A stretch of 64,000 nucleotides of DNA from NCBI GenBank assembly GCA_945859975.1, contig CAMAPH010000002.1, forward strand, positions 64,001 to 128,000. Direction: 5' to 3'. Shown in pieces: positions 10,728 to 21,057 of the stretch. A model generated the notes under the pieces. It saw only the letters and a list, made by a program, of their open reading frames with translations. It was not told the DNA's origin and searched no databases. How positions within the stretch are numbered: the first letter of the stretch is position 1; each line of letters opens with the position of its first letter. Origin of the DNA: Chthonomonas calidirosea. Lineage in GTDB: Bacteria; Armatimonadota; Fimbriimonadia; Fimbriimonadales; Fimbriimonadaceae. Made by a program: the position numbers and the translations under genes.

Positions 10728-12230
10728 CTAAGCCAAGACCGGCTTTGGAGCTTGCCAGCGTACGTCGAGGTTCTTCACTGCCGCCGTTTCGTCAAGGCGG
10801 CCAACAACCGCGGTCGATGGTGCCGCGTGAAGCACGTCGGGAGTCGTCATTGCCTCATGGCAAATCTCGATCATCGCGTCGCAGAATGCGTCAAGCGTTT
10901 CCTTCGACTCCGTTTCGGTGGGCTCTATCATGAGGCACTCCGGAACGATCAACGGGAAGTAGTTCGTTGGCGGGTGGAATCCGTAGTCAATCAGCCGCTT
11001 GCTGATATCAAGCGCCCGAACGCCATGGTTCTTCTTATACTTTTCCGCGGTCAGGATGCACTCGTGCATACATGGTCGATCGTGAGCCGGCGGCAGGACT
11101 TCCTTTAGCCGAGCCCGAACGTAGTTTGCGTTGAGCACGGCGTAGCGCGAAATGTCCGCCATGTTCTCGCGGCCGTAAGCCATGAGGTAGGTGTAGGCCC
11201 GGACTTCCATCAGGAACTGGCCGTAGTAAGCACTCACTCGGCCGATGCTCAAAGGTCGCTCGTATTCGGCGATCACTTCTCCGCTTTCGTCATCGCGCTT
11301 AATAACCGGCACCGGCTGATATGGGGCGAGGTGGGCTTGGAGGCCAATTGCGCCGCATCCCGGACCGCCGCCGCCGTGTGGCGTGCTGAAGGTCTTGTGC
11401 AGGTTGAGGTGCATGCAGTCGAAACCGTGATCGCCCGGTCTCGTCGTGCCGACCATTGCGTTCATGTTTGCGCCGTCGCAGAAAACCTGGCCGCCAGCGT
11501 CGTGGATCATCTTGCAGATCAGCGAGATGTTCGGTTCGAACAAGCCAAGGGTGGATGGGTTAGTGAGCATCAAGGCGGCAACCTTATCCCCATGCTCTTC
11601 GAGCGATTTGGTCAGGGCCGCGAGATCGGTGTTCCCGTCGGCATCGGTTGGAACCGGCTTCACGTCGTAACCGCAACGGGCCGCCGACGCAGGGTTCGTT
11701 CCGTGGGCGCTGTCGGGCACGAGAACGATGTGGCGCTGAGTCTGGCCAATTCGCTCGTGATACGCCTTGATCAGCATTAAGCAGGTCATCTCACCGTGTG
11801 CGCCAGCGAGCGGCTGAAGCGTAATGGCATCGAAGCCTGTGACTTCGCAAAGAATCTCTTGGACTCCGTTAAGGAGCTCAAGTGCGCCGGGAATGGTCTC
11901 GACCGGCTGCATCGGATGCAACGCCGCGAATCCGGCATAACGGGCCGTGACCTCGTTAATCTTCGGGTTGTATTTCATCGTGCATGACCCCAACGGATAG
12001 AAGCCGGTGTCGATGCCGTAGTTGATTTGGCTCAGGTTTGTAAAGTGGCGCACCAAATCCAGTTCGCTCACCTCTGGCAAATGGAGTTCTTCTCTCAATT
12101 CGCCAAGTGCAGCCGAAAGGTCCACTTCGGGGGTGTCGCACTTCGGGACATTGCAACCCAAGCGTCCAGATCTGGACTTTTCAAAAATGAGTTGGGGCTC
12201 GGGGACTCGCTTAGAACGCGTCGGTCTCAC
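10728..12230 (-). CDS. gcvPB: glycine dehydrogenase subunit 2
   Basis: YPLGSCTMKYNP, HLNLHKTFSTPHGGGGPG; start GTG 12230 sits 6 nt after TACAAT. Confidence 0.96.
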   Translation of the reverse strand: MRPTRSKRVPEPQLIFEKSRSGRLGCNVPKCDTPEVDLSAALGELREELHLPEVSELDLVRHFTNLSQINYGIDTGFYPLGSCTMKYNPKINEVTARYAGFAALHPMQPVETIPGALELLNGVQEILCEVTGFDAITLQPLAGAHGEMTCLMLIKAYHERIGQTQRHIVLVPDSAHGTNPASAARCGYDVKPVPTDADGNTDLAALTKSLEEHGDKVAALMLTNPSTLGLFEPNISLICKMIHDAGGQVFCDGANMNAMVGTTRPGDHGFDCMHLNLHKTFSTPHGGGGPGCGAIGLQAHLAPYQPVPVIKRDDESGEVIAEYERPLSIGRVSAYYGQFLMEVRAYTYLMAYGRENMADISRYAVLNANYVRARLKEVLPPAHDRPCMHECILTAEKYKKNHGVRALDISKRLIDYGFHPPTNYFPLIVPECLMIEPTETESKETLDAFCDAMIEICHEAMTTPDVLHAAPSTAVVGRLDETAAVKNLDVRWQAPKPVLA

Positions 12231-12411
12231 TCGAAAATTGTACCTACGCACCCGAAAACATCATCTCTATCGGAAAACGAATTCTTCAATAAAGAAAAAG
12301 TCAAGTTTTTTGAGAATTTTTCTCCTTTAAATACCCCTCGCCCGTATTGTGAAATGGACCAAGTGCCTATAGAATTGCGCACCGGCCCCGATATGGGAGC
12401 GGAGTGTAGTC

Positions 12412-13335
12412 ATGCGATCAAACTTACAATTTGCCCTTCCCCTTTGCGCGCTCGCGCTTGTACTTGGATCTGCTGGTTGCGGCGGTTCTGCGACCGATGC
12501 GGCCACGAGCGTTCGCTCCGGTCTCGTCACCGCCCAAGAAGAAACGCCGCTGATGGCGGTTACCCGTTGCGGCTTCGTTGAACCATCCGCTGCCGAGCAA
12601 ACACGAATCGAGCTTGGCCTCCGACCGGTGAACGCCAAGGCTTGGACCACCGTCACGATCCCGGTTTACTGGCACGTTATCAACAAGGGAACGGGCCTTG
12701 CAAACGGGGATATTCCTCAGTCTCAGATCGATGCGCAGATTCAGGTCTTGAACAACGCTTATTCCGGCGCAACCGGTGGCGTGGACACCGGCTTTCGCTT
12801 CCAGCTGATCTCTGTCGATCGAACTACGAACGCAACCTGGTACACGATGACCCCAGGCACGACTGCTGAAACGCAGGCTAAGAACGCGCTCCGACTTGGT
12901 GGAAAGAACGCTCTGAACGTTTACTCGGCGAACATCGGCCAGGGCCTGCTCGGTTGGGCAACCTTCCCATCGTCGTACGCAAGCGCTCCGAAGAGCGACG
13001 GCGTAGTTCTTCTCTTCTCTTCGGTTCCGGGTGGAACGGCTGCTCCATACAACCTTGGCGATACCGGTACTCACGAAGTCGGACACTGGCTCGGCCTTTA
13101 TCACACGTTCCAGGGTGGATGCACCAAGAACAACGACTTTGTCGCCGACACAGCGGCAGAGCGATCACCAGCCTACGGCTGCCCAGCAAACCGAGACTCT
13201 TGCACGGGGCGAAGCTACCCAGGAACCGACCCGATCACGAACTTCATGGACTACACCGACGATTCGTGCATGTTCCTGTTCACCAATGGTCAGAGCACCA
13301 GAATGCAGAGCTTGTACACCACGTACCGCCTGTAA
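12412..13335 (+). CDS. secreted/lipoprotein M43 (pappalysin-type) zinc metalloprotease
   Basis: Signal peptide ending in AGC; HEVGHWLGLYH zinc motif; NFMDY Met-turn. Confidence 0.92.
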   Translation: MRSNLQFALPLCALALVLGSAGCGGSATDAATSVRSGLVTAQEETPLMAVTRCGFVEPSAAEQTRIELGLRPVNAKAWTTVTIPVYWHVINKGTGLANGDIPQSQIDAQIQVLNNAYSGATGGVDTGFRFQLISVDRTTNATWYTMTPGTTAETQAKNALRLGGKNALNVYSANIGQGLLGWATFPSSYASAPKSDGVVLLFSSVPGGTAAPYNLGDTGTHEVGHWLGLYHTFQGGCTKNNDFVADTAAERSPAYGCPANRDSCTGRSYPGTDPITNFMDYTDDSCMFLFTNGQSTRMQSLYTTYRL

Positions 13336-13345
13336 CCCAGATCCC

Positions 13346-13382
13346 AAAAAGACCTCCCCAAAAATTCGGGGAGGTCTTTTTT
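13346..13382. terminator. bidirectional intrinsic terminator
   Basis: AAAAAGACCTCCCC...GGGGAGGTCTTTTTT. Confidence 0.88.
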
Positions 13383-13393
13383 GTGCGTGCAGA

Positions 13394-14731
13394 TTAAGCG
13401 AGCGCGTTCTTTAGCGACGCAACAAATCGATCCAAATCAGTCCGTGTCCGCTTTTCGGTAACCGCGACAAGAAGAGAGTTCTCCATTTCCGAGTAGTACG
13501 AGCCCAGAGGCAAGCCCGCCAGAATGCCATCTCCAAGCAGGTGATCTCGAACATCGGCGGCATTCTTTGGAAGATCAATAACGAATTCGCAGAAGACCTT
13601 CGCGCTCGCGTGGCGTCGATGCACGCCGATCACTGCAAGTTCGCTGATCAAATAATGAGCGTTGCGGACGCTTGACTCCGCCACTGCCTTCATTCCATTC
13701 TTTCCAAGCGCGCTCATGTGAACGGTGCAAGCGAGAGCCATCAACGCTTCGTTAGTACAGATGTTTGAAGTCGCTTTTTCACGCCTAATATCCTGCTCTC
13801 GCGTTCGAAGGGTCATGACATAGCCCGGAAGATCGCCATGCGCCTCCTTGGTACGGCCCACGATTCGGCCCGGGATGCTTCGAACGAACTCTTTCTTCGT
13901 GCAGAAAAGACCGACGAGCGGGCCGCCAAGACCCATTGCGACGCCCATCGGCTGCCCTTCGCCAACCACAACATCTGCGCCATACGCACCAGGAGGGCTC
14001 ATCAGTGCGCAGCCGACAGGATCAGCCGACACGATGAACATTGCACCGTGGGTCTCGCTCGCCTGTTTAGCTGCGTTCAGATCCTCGATAACGCCAAAGA
14101 AGTTGGGACTTTGAACGAGGATGCAGGATGCTCCAGCCGCTGCCGAGTAGTCCGTCGTGAGACCGTTTTCGATCGGCAAAGTTACGACCTCGATCCCCAT
14201 CGACCAGCAATACGTGTCAAGGACCTGTCGGTAATGCGGATGCACGGCCTGGCTGACCGCGACCTTGTCGTGCCCTTTGATGCCAACGGCCATGATGGCG
14301 GCTTCCGCCAGCGCAGTCGCGCCGTCGTACATCGAGGCGTTCGCCAGATCCATGCCGTACAGTTCGGCGATCATGGACTGAAACTCGTAAATTGTCTGCA
14401 GATAGCCTTGCGAGGCCTCTGGCTGGTACGGCGTGTACGAAGTAAGGAACTCGCCACGACTGATGATCGCGCTGACTGTGCTGGGAACGTATCGGTCGTA
14501 AATCCCGGCTCCAAGGAAGCAGACGTTGTCTTCCAGGTTGACGTTCTTCGCGCTCAATTCTTTGAGATGCGAGGCCAGTCGATTCTCGTCGAGAGCATTG
14601 GGAAGCGCGAGCGCGCCCACTTTGACTCGAAGATCATCCGGAATTTCCCGGAAAAGTTCGTCGATAGAATCTGCTCCGATCGTTGCGAGCATTTCGCGGA
14701 CGTCGGCTTCGGTGTGTGGAATATATGGCAT
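13394..14731 (-). CDS. gcvPA: glycine dehydrogenase subunit 1
   Basis: MPYIPHT, SYTPYQPEASQG, REQDIRREKATSNICTN. Confidence 0.96.
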   Translation of the reverse strand: MPYIPHTEADVREMLATIGADSIDELFREIPDDLRVKVGALALPNALDENRLASHLKELSAKNVNLEDNVCFLGAGIYDRYVPSTVSAIISRGEFLTSYTPYQPEASQGYLQTIYEFQSMIAELYGMDLANASMYDGATALAEAAIMAVGIKGHDKVAVSQAVHPHYRQVLDTYCWSMGIEVVTLPIENGLTTDYSAAAGASCILVQSPNFFGVIEDLNAAKQASETHGAMFIVSADPVGCALMSPPGAYGADVVVGEGQPMGVAMGLGGPLVGLFCTKKEFVRSIPGRIVGRTKEAHGDLPGYVMTLRTREQDIRREKATSNICTNEALMALACTVHMSALGKNGMKAVAESSVRNAHYLISELAVIGVHRRHASAKVFCEFVIDLPKNAADVRDHLLGDGILAGLPLGSYYSEMENSLLVAVTEKRTRTDLDRFVASLKNALA

Positions 14732-14737
14732 TTCGAA

Positions 14738-15118
14738 TTAGCCGACGATTGCCTGATAGCGCGCTGCATCCATCAGCGCATCCACGTCTGCCGGGTTGGA
14801 AAGTCGCACTTTCAACATGAAGCCGGAGCCGTACGGATCAGAATTCACCAGCGCCGTATCTACCGCCAAGGCGGGGTTGGCTTCGATAACTTCGCCAGCT
14901 ACCGGAGCGTAAAGATCGCTAACGCTCTTCACGGATTCGACTTGGCCAAAAACGTCACCGACTTGGAGAACACGTCCAACCTCGGGAAGCTCAACAAAAA
15001 CAACGTCTCCGAGTTCGCTTTGGGCAAAGTCGGTCACTCCAATCGTGACCACATCACCTTCAACTTTCACCCACTCATGCGACTCGACGTACTTTAGATC
15101 ACCAGGGACATTGGACAT
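14738..15118 (-). CDS. gcvH: glycine cleavage system H protein
   Basis: SHEWV, VESVKSVSD (lipoyl Lys), VNSDPYG. Confidence 0.97.
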   Translation of the reverse strand: MSNVPGDLKYVESHEWVKVEGDVVTIGVTDFAQSELGDVVFVELPEVGRVLQVGDVFGQVESVKSVSDLYAPVAGEVIEANPALAVDTALVNSDPYGSGFMLKVRLSNPADVDALMDAARYQAIVG

Positions 15119-15245
15119 AGCTCGGTATACGGAAGATTACCAGTCCCCCTCATCCAACAGAATTCGAGCCGATGAAATTGCTAGAAATCACCGTTGACTG
15201 AGCATCGAGATACTATTTCTTGCGCTTTAGGTGATAAATTAATCC

Positions 15246-16028
15246 GTGATGCGATCGACGATTTTTGCTGCGCTGCTGCCCTGCGTGATTTTGGCCACAG
15301 CATCCGCCGATCAAGGAGCAAAGAAACCAGCTGCTCCCTCTGAGAAGCCCGTGATCGACGCGATTCTCAAGATGCACCCCAAGATCATGAATCTTGAGGT
15401 GATCATCGCTGCTCGCCTCACGAAGACCCAGCTTGAAGATTTGCGCACCAACTTCCAGGTGACGACGTCAACGGCGATGTTCCGGCACTCGGCCCAGACT
15501 TCGAACTTTGTGCTGTACAAGAACCCAGAAAACGATGTGCAAATCGGCCCTGAATTCTGGCCGGGCCTCGTTCTTGAGACTTCGATCCTGAACCCGGCGC
15601 AACGCCGAAGTGCCGCCCGAGCGTTGGCCAATCTTGAAAATGTCGGAACGCTTCGGCTTCCAGAGGTGCAAACCTACCTTGGCCTCAACGCGGCTCAGAA
15701 GAAGAAATTTGCCCAGATCGCTACGGCAAGCCCACTGCTTACGGAGGCTGAAGTCATTTCGCCCATCGAAAAGACGGCTGGCCTGTTTGCGCAAATCAAC
15801 AACGCGTACGAAATGTCGGTGGAGAAAACCCTGACTCCCGCCGAATTCGACGCTCTGACGGCGCAGTTTGCCGATGCCATTAAGCGTCTGATCGCATTGA
15901 AGCAGGAAGAAGAAGTCGCTAGAAAAGCGGCCAACCGATTTAAAGCCTTCTTCGCGCTGCTCACGCCCGCTCAGCAAGCTAAGTGGCGCGCTTTTGCGAC
16001 CATCGAAGCACGGAAACCCGATTTCTGA
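15246..16028 (+). CDS. secreted helical hypothetical protein with LTxxQ-type motifs
   Basis: Signal peptide; LNPAQ, LNAAQ and LTPAQQAKW repeats reminiscent of Spy/CpxP. Confidence 0.6.
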   Translation: MMRSTIFAALLPCVILATASADQGAKKPAAPSEKPVIDAILKMHPKIMNLEVIIAARLTKTQLEDLRTNFQVTTSTAMFRHSAQTSNFVLYKNPENDVQIGPEFWPGLVLETSILNPAQRRSAARALANLENVGTLRLPEVQTYLGLNAAQKKKFAQIATASPLLTEAEVISPIEKTAGLFAQINNAYEMSVEKTLTPAEFDALTAQFADAIKRLIALKQEEEVARKAANRFKAFFALLTPAQQAKWRAFATIEARKPDF

Positions 16029-16053
16029 GCCGCAGTCGGTACTCTCCGTTTCG

Positions 16054-16776
16054 GTGAAGATCGCGTTTGTTTCGCTATTCCCAGAGCACATCACACCCTG
16101 GGCATCTTCGAGCATGATCGGGCGTGCCGCCACTCGGGGTCTGATCGAACTCAAAAGTGTGAACCCGCGGAACTTCACGTACGACCGCAACAACAAGGTG
16201 GACGACACCCCGTTCGGCGGTGAACCGGGCATGTTGATCAAGGCTGAGCCCGTCGCGTTAGCCGTCCAATCCTTGGGCTGGAACAAGCCGAAAGTGATCT
16301 TGACCGACCCTGCCGGCAAAAGCTTCCAGCAGTCCGATGCGATTCAGCTCTCTGCCGAAACTGAACTTGTCTTTCTGTGCGGGCACTATGAAGGCATTGA
16401 CGACCGTGCCGCCGAGTATCTGAACGCGGAGCGGTTCAGCATCGGCGATTACATTCTCACCAGCGGCGAACTAGCGGCGATGGTGATGGCGGATGCAATT
16501 GTCAGAAATCTTCCCGGCGTGCTTGGAGATTCGAACAGCCTTTCGGCAGACTCTCATTCCGACGGGCTGCTGAGTGCTCCGAACTACACCAAGCCGGAAA
16601 CCTGGCGCGGCATCGACGTACCACCTGTCCTCCGGAGCGGAAATCACCGTGAAATTATCAAGTGGCGCAGGCAGCAAGCTCTGCGCATTACGCTTCAGAA
16701 TCGACCTGATCTCTTGGCAAAAGCCGAACTGAGTGCGGAGGACGCAAAACTCATCTCATCCCCGGACAAAACGTAG
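16054..16776 (+). CDS. trmD: tRNA (guanine37-N1)-methyltransferase
   Basis: VDDTPFGGEPGM, LCGHYEGID, SIGDYILTSGE, VPPVLRSGNH. Confidence 0.96.
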   Translation: MKIAFVSLFPEHITPWASSSMIGRAATRGLIELKSVNPRNFTYDRNNKVDDTPFGGEPGMLIKAEPVALAVQSLGWNKPKVILTDPAGKSFQQSDAIQLSAETELVFLCGHYEGIDDRAAEYLNAERFSIGDYILTSGELAAMVMADAIVRNLPGVLGDSNSLSADSHSDGLLSAPNYTKPETWRGIDVPPVLRSGNHREIIKWRRQQALRITLQNRPDLLAKAELSAEDAKLISSPDKT

Positions 16777-16925
16777 AGAAGCCCTGGGGTGATGTGTCAT
16801 ACTTGCTTCTTGCGTTCATGCGCCTCTTCCTGGCGCCGCTGGACTCGATGGGAGCGTTCAGCGCTCTACCGGGCCACCTCTAGGTTCAAACCTGAGATGA
16901 GCTCAACGAAAAGGAAGGAACAGAT

Positions 16926-17276
16926 ATGTCAAAGCAAGCGATTTTGAACACCGTCGCCCAGCCGTACTTGAAGACGGATTTGCCAAAGATTTGGCCTGGC
17001 GACACCGTAAAAGCCTCCGTAAAGGTACGTGAAGGCGGCAAAGAGCGAATCCAGCTCTTCGAGGGCACGGTTATTGCCATCAAAAACGGAGGAATCGCCG
17101 AAACGATTACCCTTCGCAAGATTTCCAACAGCGTTGGCGTGGAACGAACTTTCCCACTCCACTCGCCAAACGTTGCGAAGTTTGAAGTGACCAGACGTGG
17201 TCGCGTTCGACGAGCCAAGCTTTATTACCTCCGAGACAAGGTTGGTAAGGAAGCTCGAATCCGCGAAAAGCGCTGA
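16926..17276 (+). CDS. rplS: 50S ribosomal protein L19
   Basis: [34 protein letters not shown]. Confidence 0.98.
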   Translation: MSKQAILNTVAQPYLKTDLPKIWPGDTVKASVKVREGGKERIQLFEGTVIAIKNGGIAETITLRKISNSVGVERTFPLHSPNVAKFEVTRRGRVRRAKLYYLRDKVGKEARIREKR

Positions 17277-17298
17277 TCCCAAATCCCACATAGAACCT

Positions 17299-18273
17299 AT
17301 GAGCCAGCTGATGTACTTCGATCCGTCGTGCCTGCTGGCTCAAGCCATTGGTTCCCGTGAGTTCATCGACAAAGTTGCCCGAACTCCGCTCAGCGAGATC
17401 TTCTACCTATCGCTGGCCCTAACCATTCTTCGGTTGGCCGCGTACCCGATTCTCGCAAAGACCGAAATCCACAAACGCGGCTTTATCTACAAGATCGCGA
17501 AGTTCCTGAACGAGTTCTTCGACGCCGTCATCTATGCCGGCGTGTTTGTGTTCATGCTCATCCGGCCCTTCGCATTGCAAGCCTTTGTCATTCCTTCGGG
17601 ATCCATGTGGCCGACCCTGTATGTGAACGACCTGATCGTGCTGAACAAAGCGGTGTATCGTTTCTCTAAGCCGAAGGTTGGCGATATTGTCGTCTTCCGA
17701 CCGCCAGTGGAAGCACTGCAAGCCTCGCAGTTGTACGAAGACGGTCAGCCTAAGGTTGACTACATCAAGCGATGCGTCGGCGTGCCAGGCGACGTGGTTG
17801 AACTCCGCGAAGGCGTTCTTTACCGCAATGGGAAAGAGGTCGAGGAACCACACAAGAATCTGACTGACTGTCCAGATCGCCGGGGTTGTGAAAACAACTA
17901 CGTCACCTTGACCCCAGAGCAGATTGCCGAGCGGACCCGAGCCAGCTTCAAACTTGTAAAGCGCGGCGACAAAATCATTCCGTTTAACTACACCGAGTTC
18001 GACGCCAATGCTGCGATCCCGATGTCGAAGTCTTGGTCCGAAGGTCCAGCCTATGCCGTTGCTGGCGCATACGTCATTCCGGATGTTGAAGAAGCGAAGC
18101 GACTTAAGGATTCCCCCGCAGAGATGTTGCCAACGGGCTACTACCTCTTCATGGGCGATAACCGAAACTACTCCTTCGACGGCCGTGGCTGGGGCATCGT
18201 GCCCGAGTCGGAGATCGTCGGCCGAGCCGAAGCCATCTGGTTCCCGCTAAATCGAATCCGCCTCACGAAGTGA
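17299..18273 (+). CDS. lepB: signal peptidase I
   Basis: IPSGSMWPTL (Ser), YIKRCVG (Lys), MGDNRNYSFDGR; two N-terminal TM segments. Confidence 0.93.
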   Translation: MSQLMYFDPSCLLAQAIGSREFIDKVARTPLSEIFYLSLALTILRLAAYPILAKTEIHKRGFIYKIAKFLNEFFDAVIYAGVFVFMLIRPFALQAFVIPSGSMWPTLYVNDLIVLNKAVYRFSKPKVGDIVVFRPPVEALQASQLYEDGQPKVDYIKRCVGVPGDVVELREGVLYRNGKEVEEPHKNLTDCPDRRGCENNYVTLTPEQIAERTRASFKLVKRGDKIIPFNYTEFDANAAIPMSKSWSEGPAYAVAGAYVIPDVEEAKRLKDSPAEMLPTGYYLFMGDNRNYSFDGRGWGIVPESEIVGRAEAIWFPLNRIRLTK

Positions 18274-18354
18274 CTATAAGGCCCCGAGCGTGGGTCGCTT
18301 CGTTTGTTGTTGCTACAGTCGCCGAATTCTAGATCGATTACTGATCGTAATTAC

Positions 18355-18657
18355 TCAGCCCGGCTGACACGAACCCAGCGCAATCAAGATTTGACCAACG
18401 AGAGCGCGGGTGGCCCTTGGTCCTTGACCTTCGGGTTGAACGACGTAAACCGCAATTGAGCGCTTCGAAATGTCGTGATCTTTGGGAATTCCGGCATCAA
18501 ACGTCAGAAGGACATCAAATCCGGCATCAACGGCTAGAGCTAGCAGTTCCCCGTTTTTAGTTCCCTTCCAGCCGAGGCTAACCACATGCGCGCACTCGTG
18601 TCCAATGAAGTCTTTGACCAGCTCAAGCGGGAAGTTTTCGTCCAGCAAAACCCGCAT
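18355..18657 (-). CDS. DUF5615-type PIN-like putative toxin (possibly shortened by a premature TGA)
   Basis: MRVLLDENFP, GWKGTKNGELL, FDVLLTFD; translationally coupled to the DUF433 gene. Confidence 0.85.
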   Translation of the reverse strand: MRVLLDENFPLELVKDFIGHECAHVVSLGWKGTKNGELLALAVDAGFDVLLTFDAGIPKDHDISKRSIAVYVVQPEGQGPRATRALVGQILIALGSCQPG

Positions 18658-18899
18658 TAGCCTACGAGTTGCAAGCCAGCCGCTTCACGGATTGCGCTGT
18701 TTTCCCATTCAAGAACGGCTTCGACCTGCTCCCTGGTGATGCTGGGATAGTTCTCGAGAAAGTCATGAAGTCCGACGCCTTCCTTTAGGTTGTCTAAGAA
18801 AACCGTAAGTGGAACGCGGGTTCCTTTGAAACACAACGCCCCGTGCATGATCTCAGGATCGATGGTGAGAACGCTTTCTAAGCCTGTGGGTACCGTCAT
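18657..18899 (-). CDS. DUF433 putative antitoxin
   Basis: IDPEIMHGALCFKGTRVP...FLENYPSITREQV. Confidence 0.9.
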   Translation of the reverse strand: MTVPTGLESVLTIDPEIMHGALCFKGTRVPLTVFLDNLKEGVGLHDFLENYPSITREQVEAVLEWENSAIREAAGLQLVG

Positions 18900-18979
18900 C
18901 TCTCATTACAGCGTACGGCATTATTGGCTCCAACGCATGCCGAAAGCGCCTGTGGAAAAAATCGTCACGGGGCGGTTAA

Positions 18980-19055
<76 letters not shown>

Positions 19056-19094
19056 CAGCGCCTATAGGGTACCGCCGCGAACCATAATATGGAC

Positions 19095-20561
19095 ATGACG
19101 CCGACGTCGCATTTTGCTCCTGAAGACTTCATTGGCGACGATGCCCTGATGATCGAGACCGCCGAACGGTTCTCTCGCGAAGAAGTCGTCCCGCGCGCTG
19201 AGGCCATCGACCATCAGGAGCCCGGCCTGATGCCGCGGCTGATCCGCGAAGCCGGACAACTTGGACTATGCGGGATCGACACCGCCGATGCCTACGGCGG
19301 ACTCGGACAGAGCAAGAACCTCGCGGCACGGATGCTGGAAATGCTCAGCCTCAACGGCTCATTCAGCGTTACCTACGGCATCACCAGTGGCATCAGCCAA
19401 GTCGGCCTGTCCCTCTTCGGAACGGACGCCCAAAAAGCCCAGTGGCTCCCCGCTCTCGCCATGGGAGATCAAATCGGTGCCTACTGCCTGAGCGAACCGA
19501 ACAGCGGCTCCGACGCCCTCAGCGCCACCACAAAAGCTATTCCTCACAATGGCGGCTACTCGCTGACTGGCACGAAGATGTGGATCAGCAACGCCCAATG
19601 GGCCGATGTCTTCCTCGTGATGGCCAAGGTGGATGGCGAAAAGTTCTCCGCCTTCCTGGTTCCGCGAAACACCGACGGACTAACGGTCGAGCGCGAAGAG
19701 TACAAGATGGGTCTCAAAGGATCCAGCACTGCCCGGGTCACTCTGAACGATGCCTGGATCCCGGCCGAGAACCTTCTTCACGAAGAAGGCAAAGGCCACC
19801 AAGTCGCCTTCAACGCTCTCAATATTGGCCGCTTCAAGCTGGCCAGCATGAGCATCGGGCCCGCTCGCTACGCTATCGAGATTGCCGCCGAGTACGCCAA
19901 GAACCGAAAGCAGTTCGGCCAATCCCTCGCTTCCTTCGGGATGATCCAAGAAAAGTTCGCCCGCATGGCGGCGCTGTTCTATGGCGCCGAAAGCGCGATC
20001 TATCGAGTTGGAGCGTTGATCGACGATGCCTTTGCTGAAACCGGCGGAACCATCGATGGCAACCGGAAAGCCGCGGAGAAGTACGCCATCCAGTGCGCGA
20101 TGGTCAAGGTCTTCAGCACGGAAGCCGAGTCTGAGATCGTTGACGAAGCACTTCAGGTCTATGGAGGCTATGGCTTCACGGAAGAGTTCCCCATTGCTCG
20201 CGTTTACCGCGACGCCCGCGTGAGCCGAATTTACGAAGGAACGAACGAGATCAACCGTCTTTTCATCGCCGGACGCCTGGCGAAGGAAGGCGTCATTCCT
20301 CCTTTCGAACGCCAAACCGAGCAAGCCGCCGCGGCTGATCTTGCCATGTACGACTTCATCCTCGAATCCGCAAGATTGAGAAGCGAACGATTCCCTTCTC
20401 TTGCCCCGCTGCATGACGTTCTGACCGAGATTCTTGCACCCAAGCGCATCTTGGCGAACTCACGGATCAAAGGCGATGGAGACATTGACTTCCCAGAACC
20501 GGACGTCGAGGCCATCGGCGCGGCCACGCTTGAGCGTGGCCGGCCTTGGTCCGGAGTTTAG
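19095..20561 (+). CDS. acyl-CoA dehydrogenase
   Basis: AYCLSEPNSGSDA, GTKMWISN, QVYGGYGF, RIYEGTNEINR; start 6 nt after CATAAT. Confidence 0.93.
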   Translation: MTPTSHFAPEDFIGDDALMIETAERFSREEVVPRAEAIDHQEPGLMPRLIREAGQLGLCGIDTADAYGGLGQSKNLAARMLEMLSLNGSFSVTYGITSGISQVGLSLFGTDAQKAQWLPALAMGDQIGAYCLSEPNSGSDALSATTKAIPHNGGYSLTGTKMWISNAQWADVFLVMAKVDGEKFSAFLVPRNTDGLTVEREEYKMGLKGSSTARVTLNDAWIPAENLLHEEGKGHQVAFNALNIGRFKLASMSIGPARYAIEIAAEYAKNRKQFGQSLASFGMIQEKFARMAALFYGAESAIYRVGALIDDAFAETGGTIDGNRKAAEKYAIQCAMVKVFSTEAESEIVDEALQVYGGYGFTEEFPIARVYRDARVSRIYEGTNEINRLFIAGRLAKEGVIPPFERQTEQAAAADLAMYDFILESARLRSERFPSLAPLHDVLTEILAPKRILANSRIKGDGDIDFPEPDVEAIGAATLERGRPWSGV

Positions 20562-20953
20562 GACGGATCGAATCGAAGGTTGATTCGGTAATCCTCGCCT
20601 TCAACGGTGACATTTTTAAAGTCAAATGCCCAGCGAGTTGGGTTGCCGATTGAGCCCTTGAACGCGAAAATGAGAGCTGCATCTGCGTCCAACTCGCCAT
20701 TCACAAGGACCTTAGCTTTCGAAGTTGAGTGGTGCTTTGCTGCGACGTTAATCTCGACATCCGCACCATCTTCTCCTTTGAAAGAGACGGTGGCGTTGAT
20801 CTCAACTGGAGAGGCCACAAGGGCAGTAACAGTGCCAGGAACACTTTTTCCATCGTATTGAACCGAGAGCACGGACCACTTAGAAGCATCACCAATCTGG
20901 TCGAAACCTCCAGGAAGCTGTTTGAGAAGTTCGAGAATCGCTTGTAGATTCAT
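20558..20953 (-). CDS. hypothetical beta-rich protein
   Basis: 131-aa ORF filling the gap, AT-richer than its neighbours; no family recognised. Confidence 0.6.
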   Translation of the reverse strand: MNLQAILELLKQLPGGFDQIGDASKWSVLSVQYDGKSVPGTVTALVASPVEINATVSFKGEDGADVEINVAAKHHSTSKAKVLVNGELDADAALIFAFKGSIGNPTRWAFDFKNVTVEGEDYRINLRFDPS

Positions 20954-21057
20954 AACAACATCACCATAACCTTTTGAATATATTATTTCAAGTTAATAAT
21001 TCTTAACATTGGGTCCTTTCGACCCGTTGCTCGGCAAACGCGCTTTAGACTAGACGC

